From Desulfobacterales bacterium (GTDB taxonomy: Bacteria > Desulfobacterota > Desulfobacteria > Desulfobacterales > UBA5616), in assembly GCA_046483495.1 (NCBI GenBank), contig JAWODC010000073.1:1-44386 (forward strand): 44,386 bases of DNA, read 5' to 3'. This document shows positions 37,137 to 44,386 of the stretch, in pieces (position 1 is the first letter of the stretch; the number at the start of each line of letters is the position of its first letter). The notes beneath the pieces were generated by a model that ran no database searches, was not told the DNA's origin, and saw only the letters and a list, made by a program, of their open reading frames with translations. A program made the position numbers and the translations under genes.

Positions 37137-38414
37137 TCACCGGAGCTGTTCGATGAATGCTTCAACCCGTGTTTTCAACTGCCCCATATCTTCCAATCCA
37201 TAATCGGTTTCAATGCGTAAGCAGGGAATGTTTTCTGCTTCGAGGGCTTTTTCAATCGGAATTGATTCCATGAGATAGGGTTGACAGAACTGCAAGCCAT
37301 AAAGGATGACGCCATCCGCTTTGTAGGCATTTGCCATTTCATGTATATGCCCTAGTCGTTCGGTATTGGGTGTGAAAATAGCGCAATCAATTTTGAAGTA
37401 ACGGTCTGCAATGGCTTCCATCATTTCTTCGATTGTGCTGCCTGAATCATCTGTGAGGTTTCGAGTGCCGCGCTCTCCAACGCACGATTCCTCACCTATG
37501 ATTACCGCTCCGGAAGCTTCCACGATAAACGGCAACTTCCAATTGGGAACTGCCTGGGGGCAGCCGGACACAAGGATTCGCAGCGTCTTTTCCGGAAAGG
37601 CGCCTTGTATTCGTTCAATTCGCTTTTCCAGTTCATCGCATATGGTGTTTACCGATTCCGTAAATCGAGAGGCGTCGTCGTAAAAGGAAGCCTGATTGAC
37701 CAACAGGGCGTCCAGTCCCGATACAGGTGCAGGATCAGCTTTTCTCATTGAATTGAGCCGATGGATTGCCGAACGTTTGTCGTTTACGGTCCTGATGGCT
37801 TTTTTTAAGGATGCGCCTGTGATTCTAAAACCAGTGAGCTGCTCAACAGCGGATTTAAACCGCTGGTATTCGGTTATTAAAAGAGATTTTCCAATATCGG
37901 ATTTGACTTGGGGAAGATCCATTATATAAAGGTTCTCAACCCAATCTTTTAAAGTCTCATAGGCTTTTTTCTTGCCGTCGCAGGTGTTTTCTCCCACAAC
38001 CATATCCGCACTTTCCAGATACGGACAGACATTTCCCAATTTAAAGCCGAAGGCGGATTTTATAAGGGCGCACGTATTTCGGGGCAAGAGCCTTTCAACC
38101 GCTTCAGTTGCAAAATCAGCACCGGAACACAAACCAACCAGGGTTGCATCGGCGGCAAGAACGATTTCTTCCGGAACGAAAACACAGTAGCTGCCGATGA
38201 TTTTGCGTCCGGCCTCTTTTTCATCCAGCAGTTCTTTGATACGCTGGCCATGTATTTCACTCATAACGAAATCGAAATATCCCATCCCCTTAGGCCGATT
38301 TTTCTGAGAAAGATAAATATCTTTATAGGATTTTTGAAGTGCACTTAAAAGAGCGTCGTGGGCATCCAAATCCAAACCCAAATCGGTCCACATGGAACGG
38401 CATTCAGCGGTCAT
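37137..38414 (-). CDS. 2-hydroxyacyl-CoA dehydratase-family protein, double-cubane cluster protein (DCCP) type
   Basis: Single chain of about 425 aa with GSYCVFVPEE, GLC, NTCALIKS, CPY, NTCDGKKK, SGCP, EESC, DCAIF, QFC and ETDY...GQLKTRVEAF. Start at ATG 38414 after a GGAAGGA RBS. Confidence 0.8.
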   Translation of the reverse strand: MTAECRSMWTDLGLDLDAHDALLSALQKSYKDIYLSQKNRPKGMGYFDFVMSEIHGQRIKELLDEKEAGRKIIGSYCVFVPEEIVLAADATLVGLCSGADFATEAVERLLPRNTCALIKSAFGFKLGNVCPYLESADMVVGENTCDGKKKAYETLKDWVENLYIMDLPQVKSDIGKSLLITEYQRFKSAVEQLTGFRITGASLKKAIRTVNDKRSAIHRLNSMRKADPAPVSGLDALLVNQASFYDDASRFTESVNTICDELEKRIERIQGAFPEKTLRILVSGCPQAVPNWKLPFIVEASGAVIIGEESCVGERGTRNLTDDSGSTIEEMMEAIADRYFKIDCAIFTPNTERLGHIHEMANAYKADGVILYGLQFCQPYLMESIPIEKALEAENIPCLRIETDYGLEDMGQLKTRVEAFIEQLR

Positions 38415-38631
38415 TTTATATTCCTTCCCATACAATTGCCTGATCACAACGTTTTTCATTCTGGCTCCCAGCCTATATTATGCTCCTCTATCCTATAAAA
38501 AAATACAATAAGTCAAATTCATAATATCAATAATGATGGAAGGTTTTATTTTTACAAGCTATAGGCTTTTACAAGCACTTGAACATTCGGATTAGACTTC
38601 AATCACTAAAAACAAACTCTTGGATATGATC

Positions 38632-38674
38632 AGAAAGATAAGGACCCTGCAGCGTTAATAACGCTGCAGGGTCC
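38632..38674 (-). terminator. Terminator-like perfect hairpin downstream of the DUF3617-like gene
   Basis: GGACCCTGCAGCGTTA-A-TAACGCTGCAGGGTCC (38642-38674), followed on the minus strand by TTATCTTTT. Confidence 0.75.
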
Positions 38675-38698
38675 GTCTCATCCCTATGTTGGCACCTT

Positions 38699-39298
38699 CT
38701 ATTTAAAAAACTTGTCGAAAACGCTTCTAACCCCGCTGCCGACCTCATCCACAAAGTTTTGCTCGGATTCGTCTTCGATCGTTTTCTCCGCATCCGCCGC
38801 ATCATCGACTCCGGGATCTTCTTCAGCGCTGCCGAACAGGTCTTTCTGAGGTGTCGGATCGGAGGCGTTCATTGCTGCACCGGAATCCGAACCGTCGCAA
38901 GGGCCGATACGATGCCCGGAAAAGGTGTTGGTCATCTGAAAGCCCTGTGAGGCCATGGTCATGCTCATGGTGCCGCTCATATCATCTCCGGTGTAGGTTA
39001 CTAATCCAGACCCGTTCATTTCACCCCCCTGTCCGTCGCAGGAAATTTTCCATGAAACGGTGTTTCCGTCGTAAACGACATCCGTCACCTTGCATTCCTG
39101 GGAGGTGTCCCGGTTCATCGGTACAAGATCCTCACGTGTGATGCACTGGGTATGGGTAAAGGATTGGGGCGGCATACCCGCCATTTCCGTCTTCGTCGTA
39201 ATTTCCCATTTTCCAGGATTCATCAGGGGTTCCGCCCAGACCGAAGCAACCGTTAATGCCACAATACCGATAACGCCGATCAACATTTTTCGTCCCAT
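38699..39298 (-). CDS. Exported DUF3617-like protein
   Basis: Signal peptide (ASVWA-E), PGKWEIT, TQCIT, C...C and GHRIGPC; acidic tail; AGGAG RBS before ATG 39298. Confidence 0.75.
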   Translation of the reverse strand: MGRKMLIGVIGIVALTVASVWAEPLMNPGKWEITTKTEMAGMPPQSFTHTQCITREDLVPMNRDTSQECKVTDVVYDGNTVSWKISCDGQGGEMNGSGLVTYTGDDMSGTMSMTMASQGFQMTNTFSGHRIGPCDGSDSGAAMNASDPTPQKDLFGSAEEDPGVDDAADAEKTIEDESEQNFVDEVGSGVRSVFDKFFK

Positions 39299-39477
39299 GT
39301 TCAGCTCCTCTTTCTGTTTCAGGTTCACCATTTTCAATGCCGGTTTTCGCGGCAATCCGGAATCTGTGGGTAGATACCATTTCGGGCGGCAATATGGCAA
39401 GAAGTTTGCCCGTAGGGCAAAAAACGGTTTTTTTGTTAACCCGTATCGGCGTGCACATTCTGAGCACAGGCATTCTC

Positions 39478-40266
39478 TTAAAGGTTATCTACTTTCATGA
39501 ATGCGTAAGGGAAAAACTCCGTTTGGTCGACTTCCGCCACGACAACGCCCGGAAGCATGGTGTTGTCGCCGGTCGCGTACACAGCTCCGAGTACACGGAC
39601 GATTTCTACCTCAACCCAGGGATCATGCTCCGATGACCTCAGGGTAATCTCGGCTTTTCCCATTTCGGTCGTTTTGGGGCGGCGGGTTACAATCTCTCTT
39701 ATCAGGCGGGGGTTGAAGTCGAAGCCTCCGCCTTCAGGTGCGGGGAAATGCTTGAAGTTGTACACCACAACATCGGAATCGGGCGCCATGTTTTCCAACA
39801 TAAGTTGTTGGAACGCTGTATCATTGAATTTCCCGGTGAGTTGCGCCTCGATCTCCACGAAGCGTATACCGTGGCGCTCCGTCCATCCTTTGACGGTCGC
39901 CCCCTCCTTCTTCACATCGATTTTTGCCATTTTTTTGGGATATCCGAACACCTCCCGGCCGCCGATCATCGCCATATCGTCCGTTACCGGCATGGCAAGG
40001 AAAAATATGCCTTCGTCCCCATTATGCTGTGCCGTTAAAAAAAGCGCACTCTCCAAGTAGCTGACGCCGAAATTGGTCTTGGGATAGTTCGCCACGAAGA
40101 TTCCCCCCACAGGTGCAATGGAAGGGCGAAGGGGCGGGGGAAGCAGTCGATTGACAACGTCGTCTCGGGTTTCAAAATATACCATCAGGACCTCTGCATC
40201 ATAAAAATCCGCCGATCGTGAAATCCGTTTGGCTATTTCTTCATCGGTTTTGATAAATCCCATCAT
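39478..40266 (-). CDS. Acetoacetate decarboxylase-like family protein
   Basis: LLPPPL, YLESAL and GGREVFGYPKK with the Schiff-base Lys motif. Confidence 0.85.
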   Translation of the reverse strand: MMGFIKTDEEIAKRISRSADFYDAEVLMVYFETRDDVVNRLLPPPLRPSIAPVGGIFVANYPKTNFGVSYLESALFLTAQHNGDEGIFFLAMPVTDDMAMIGGREVFGYPKKMAKIDVKKEGATVKGWTERHGIRFVEIEAQLTGKFNDTAFQQLMLENMAPDSDVVVYNFKHFPAPEGGGFDFNPRLIREIVTRRPKTTEMGKAEITLRSSEHDPWVEVEIVRVLGAVYATGDNTMLPGVVVAEVDQTEFFPYAFMKVDNL

Positions 40267-40835
40267 TCACCTTCCTTTCTGTCACGGTGATCCCATTTTG
40301 GTTTTCATATCAACGGCCGATGGTTACGGAATGGAAACGGGCCGTTTACGTATGCCTGACGACCTAAGCCGAATGTGAGCAACGGGGAAAAGAATCAGCT
40401 TTGATTACTCTGAAAACGGCGAGCTCTGTTGGCTTACTGCGATGTTATAGAAAAGGAAGTCTGCCTGCACCAAGGACCGGATAAATGCCTACCGATGTGG
40501 AGAAAGTTTCCTTTTGAAACAGTGATGAAAATGAAAATGAGAAACGATTCGGGCGAGCGAATTAGGATCGGGTTTCTGCTGAGAATCGACCTGAATTTTT
40601 TGCCTTGTTTTGTGTCCCCCCCTTTTAGACAGAAGATGTGTGAACTCTATTAAGCCGAAACAGGCCCTTTCAGTCAATAAAAAATATGATTTTTTTGATG
40701 CCATACATAGGCTTATCGGCGTAATGATCTTTTGCCGGCCTCATTCACTCGATGATTCATCAGCTCCGGTTTCATCGGCCTCATCTATCTTAGAAAATAA
40801 TGGTCATTTTGTGAACGCTAATCGTAAGAACCGGA

Positions 40836-41528
40836 ATGAACAACGAATACACATCGCCTACCGCCTTGATCACCGGGTGCGGCAGCGGCATCGGGCGGCA
40901 TTTGACATCTGTAATGTCACGCCTGTGATATCGAATACTGGCAACCGACATCAATATCGAGGCCCTGGAAAAAAGTGCTGAAGAATCGGATTGGCCAAGC
41001 GATCGGGTAATGCTGCAGAAACTCGACGTGAGAAATGCCGCCAAGTGGAAAGAAGCCATCGGTTGCCTCGTAGGAACCTGGGACAGGCTGGACGTTTGCA
41101 TGAATATTGCCGGATTTGCCGTTCAGGGATTTTCAAATGAATTTCCGTTGGAACACATCGACCTGCACCTGGACATTAATACCAAGGGCGCCATTTTAGG
41201 GACACGGCTGGCCGCAGAACAAATGCTCGAACAGGGGTCCGGCCACATCATCAATATGTGCTCTCTTGCCGGTCTGGCGCCTGTACCCGGAACCAGCCTT
41301 TATTGTGCGTCCAAATTCGCTTTAAGGGGCTTTTCCCTGGCGTCCCATTATGAATTGAAGCCGAAGGGAATCGACATCTCCATTGTGGCGCCGGATCTGG
41401 TCAACACGAGCAAATTGGAAACCCAGCCGGCTTACAGCGATACGGCGGCCGCCATCGGTTTTTCGGCACCCCGGATACTTGAGGGCCTAACAGTAAATTA
41501 TTTTTACCCTAACACTACCCAAACATGA
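40836..41528 (+). pseudogene. Short-chain dehydrogenase/reductase pseudogene
   Basis: ATG 40836 gives ALITGCGSGIG (Rossmann motif), an in-frame TGA at 40926-40928, then NIAG, S and YCASK in the same frame. The C-terminus appears to decay into AT-rich sequence. Confidence 0.75.
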
Positions 41529-41596
41529 TTGAGATTATATCCATTCCCCAAATAAGAGGCTATTGTTAAGAAAACTTATTATTACGGGGATACATA

Positions 41597-44044
41597 ATGA
41601 AAATCGACATGCATGTTCATTCGAAACATTCCCACCGGCCGACCCAATGGGTTCTTCAGAAGATCAACTGCCCGGAAAGCTTCACGGAACCACTGATGAT
41701 TTACCAACTGGCCCGGAAAAAAGGCATGAGCCACGTCACCATCACAGATCACAACAAAATTTCGGGCGCCCTGGAAATCGCACACCTGCCGAATGCCGTC
41801 GTATCGGAAGAGATCACCACGTACTTTCCCGAAGACGGGTGCAAAATTCACGTCCTGGCATATGACATTTCAGAGTCCAGGCATGACGATATTCAAAAAC
41901 TGAGAAGCAATATCTACGAACTGGTTTCCTACCTCAGGCATGAAGGTATTTTTCATGCCGTCGCCCATCCGCTATACGCCGTCAATAACCGTTTCGGTGC
42001 AGGTCATTTCGAAAAACTGCTGATTTTGTTTAACGTATTCGAGCAAAACGGGGCGAGAAGCGGCGAACTGAATGATTTTCTGGAAACATTTTTAAAAAAC
42101 TTGACGTCGAAAGACATCGAAGCTTTGGCAGACAAACACGGCCTTTACCCATTCGGACCCACCCCCTGGAAAAAAGGCATGATCGGCGGTTCGGATGACC
42201 ACAGCTCATTAAATATAGCGCGCTACTACACGGAGGTGGAGCCCGCCGGATCGGTCGGCAATTTCTTCTCTGGAATTGCCGGCGGAAATGCAATCATACA
42301 CCGGACCGATGCCCATCCAAAGACACTCGCCCACAATCTATACGGCATCGCCTACCAGTATTACCATCATAAATTCAACCTGGATAACCGATTGGGCAGA
42401 GATTTTCTTCTCACCTTTTTGAACAGAACGCTGCAAAGCGGCGCAACCCGCAACGGCCGCGTGTCCAAATTGGCCTTTTTAAACCGGTATCGCAGCCGGC
42501 CAAACGTCAAAAAAATACCCGAATCGCTCAAGAGCATTATTCAAAAAGAGACCCTGGACCTGATTCTGAAAGACCGGAAAATATCGAGCCTTATTCGGGG
42601 CAACATCGAACAGCGAAAGCAACTCGAAAAATATTGGTTCGAGGTCGTCAACCAGGTGTCAAACAATGCAACCCATCACCTGGGAAACCAGACCCTCAAT
42701 CATCTCTTTAATGCCAATGTGTTTAAAATATTTCAGTCCCTCGGGCAGATAGGCGGCCTTTACCTGCTTTTATCGCCTTATTTCATCGCCTTCAAACAAT
42801 TCGCCAAAGACAAGACCACAAACATGCAGATAATCGATCATTTTCCGGCAATCTCTAAAAGAGCCGGGCTTGCCCGAACCCCTTTGCGCATCGCCCATTT
42901 CACCGATACATTCGATGAAGTTAACGGTGTGGCCGTGACACTGAAGCAGCAGGTCAGTGAAGCCCGCAGAAAAAATCTCGGTTACACCCTGTTAGTTTGT
43001 GCCGAACCACTTGAACGGCCGCAAAAGGGCATCGAAACCTTCCTGCCGGTCGGCAGCTATCATCTCCCCGAATATCCCCAAATCAGAATACATTATCCAC
43101 CTATCCTTGAGATTCTGGATTACTGCTACAGGGAAAATATCACCCATATCATATCCGCAACACCGGGCCCGATGGGGATCGCAGCATGGATCATTTCCCG
43201 AACCCTGAACATCACCTTTTCAGGCACCTACCATACGGCGATACCGCAGTACGTTCAATTGCTGACCGGCGACAGCACCATGGCCGATTTAAGCTGGAAA
43301 TACATGATATGGTACTATGACCAGATGGATCGGGTGCAGGTTCCCTCTGAAAGCACAAAAAAAGAATTGATGGAAAAAGGCATCAGCGGCGATAAAATTG
43401 ATCTCATCAACCGGGGCATCGATGTCAACCGGTTTCACCCCAAATATAAAAACGCCGTTTTCCAAGACTGCTACGGCCTGCCCGATAATTCGGTTAAACT
43501 GTTGTATGTCGGACGCATTTCCAAGGAAAAAAACATCGACCTCCTGGCTGATGTGTTTATCTCACTTTGCCGTGAATTCAACAACATTCACCTGATTATC
43601 GCCGGTGACGGACCGTATCTGGAGGTTATGAAACATAAACTCGAGGATTTCCCCTGCACCTTCACCGGGTTCCTCGAAGGCAACGACCTTGCCTCTGTTT
43701 TCGCGTCCAGCGATATGTTTGTTTTCCCGAGTACGACAGATACATTCGGCAATGTCGTACTCGAAGCCCAGTCTTCCGGAATTCCGGTGGTCGTTACCGA
43801 CAAGGGCGGTCCCTGTGAAAACATTATCCGAAATCAGACCGGATTTGTCGCCGCCGATAATCATGATGCATTTCGGCGATGCATCCGAATACTGGTAAAG
43901 AATGCTAAAAAAAGGCGGGAGATGGGTCTTGCGGCCAGAAAATACATGGAAAATAGAGCATTTGGAAAGGCCTTTTTAGAAAACTGGGAACAGATCGAAA
44001 AAACGACAGCCTGGTCACCCGGAATCTCGGCAGGTGTTTCATAA
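41597..44044 (+). CDS. PHP-domain / GT4 (GT-B) glycosyltransferase fusion
   Basis: IDMHVHS, ITDHN, AHP and GGSDDH (PHP metal ligands); FTDTFDEVNGVA, YVGRISKEKN and FPSTTDTFGNVVLEAQSSG (GT4). Confidence 0.9.
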   Translation: MKIDMHVHSKHSHRPTQWVLQKINCPESFTEPLMIYQLARKKGMSHVTITDHNKISGALEIAHLPNAVVSEEITTYFPEDGCKIHVLAYDISESRHDDIQKLRSNIYELVSYLRHEGIFHAVAHPLYAVNNRFGAGHFEKLLILFNVFEQNGARSGELNDFLETFLKNLTSKDIEALADKHGLYPFGPTPWKKGMIGGSDDHSSLNIARYYTEVEPAGSVGNFFSGIAGGNAIIHRTDAHPKTLAHNLYGIAYQYYHHKFNLDNRLGRDFLLTFLNRTLQSGATRNGRVSKLAFLNRYRSRPNVKKIPESLKSIIQKETLDLILKDRKISSLIRGNIEQRKQLEKYWFEVVNQVSNNATHHLGNQTLNHLFNANVFKIFQSLGQIGGLYLLLSPYFIAFKQFAKDKTTNMQIIDHFPAISKRAGLARTPLRIAHFTDTFDEVNGVAVTLKQQVSEARRKNLGYTLLVCAEPLERPQKGIETFLPVGSYHLPEYPQIRIHYPPILEILDYCYRENITHIISATPGPMGIAAWIISRTLNITFSGTYHTAIPQYVQLLTGDSTMADLSWKYMIWYYDQMDRVQVPSESTKKELMEKGISGDKIDLINRGIDVNRFHPKYKNAVFQDCYGLPDNSVKLLYVGRISKEKNIDLLADVFISLCREFNNIHLIIAGDGPYLEVMKHKLEDFPCTFTGFLEGNDLASVFASSDMFVFPSTTDTFGNVVLEAQSSGIPVVVTDKGGPCENIIRNQTGFVAADNHDAFRRCIRILVKNAKKRREMGLAARKYMENRAFGKAFLENWEQIEKTTAWSPGISAGVS

Positions 44045-44054
44045 CCATTCACAG

Positions 44055-44386
44055 ATGCATCTCATGAATTCATCACGATCGGTTTTTCCTCTTGCGTTTA
44101 AGCATTTCGTTCGAGAAAGAAACGGGGTTCCGGGCCAGCTCGTCATCCAGATCACGAACCACTGCAACGGCCGATGTCCCCAGTGCGGCATGCGGGTGAC
44201 CGAAACCTTTAAACGGACTTCGCTTTCGGTAGAGACAATCAAAAAAATCATCGACCATGCCGCAAAAAATCACGTTTCCGCACTATCCTTTACAGGAGGT
44301 GAACCCTTTCTGCTCGCCGAAAAAGTCGCAGTGCTGATCCGTTACGCCGGAGAAAAAGACATTCCATTTATCCGCACCGGCACCAA
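44055..44386 (+). CDS. Radical SAM protein, 5' part (runs off the window)
   Basis: Hand translation gives ...PGQLVIQITNHCNGRCPQCGM...LSFTGGEPFL...IRTGT (CxxxCxxC and GGEP motifs). Start is 44055 or 44064. Confidence 0.88.
   Translation, partial: MHLMNSSRSVFPLAFKHFVRERNGVPGQLVIQITNHCNGRCPQCGMRVTETFKRTSLSVETIKKIIDHAAKNHVSALSFTGGEPFLLAEKVAVLIRYAGEKDIPFIRTGT

Noticed and set aside
39394..39408. Sigma54 -24/-12-like sequence TGGCAAGAAGTTTGC on the plus strand
   Set aside because: It points antisense into the end of a minus-strand gene with no downstream sense gene, so it is likely chance.
39345..39412. c-di-GMP-I (GEMM) riboswitch on the minus strand upstream of the DUF3617-like gene (GGGCAAAC ... 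CCGGATTGCCG)
   Set aside because: The ends resemble the motif, but the GNRA-capped P2 stem and the GACGCAAA junction are absent. An Rfam RF01051 scan would settle it.
40926..40928. Selenocysteine or alternative genetic code (UGA=Gly) in the SDR
   Set aside because: The site is not a Cys position, and many genes in the window use TGA as a true stop.

Overview
A 44 kb chromosomal segment from an anaerobic, probably sulfate-reducing deltaproteobacterium. The Desulfobacterota/Desulfobacteraceae-like assignment is inferred from gene content. From left to right it holds: a poly-gamma-glutamate synthesis operon (pgsB-pgsC-pgsW, cut by the left edge); a ferritin-like/glutaredoxin/USP stress trio; apbE-rimO-polyprenyl synthase housekeeping genes; and tRNA-Val(GAC). 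Next come a PAS kinase and an Xis-like-HTH response regulator heading a redox operon: a divergent MetF paralog, an HdrD/DsrK-like CCG protein, a 1482-aa HdrL-type HdrA/GltD fusion, a selenocysteine MvhD, MetV and MetF. The ORF track truncated the MvhD at its in-frame TGA. A complete hmcABCDEF operon follows (16-heme HmcA, plus a small hmcD the track missed), then a multi-kinase phosphorelay, a double-cubane-cluster protein with its ATP-dependent activator, DUF3617-like and acetoacetate-decarboxylase-like genes, an SDR pseudogene, a PHP-glycosyltransferase fusion and a partial radical SAM gene. The best leads are (i) the HdrD-HdrL-MvhD(Sec)-MetV-MetF module with a second degenerate MetF, a candidate flavin-bifurcating methylene-THF reductase, and (ii) two 146-nt palindromic intergenic elements inside the hmc operon whose stems differ in sequence but keep their pairing. 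All calls come from reading motifs by eye; no database searches were run.
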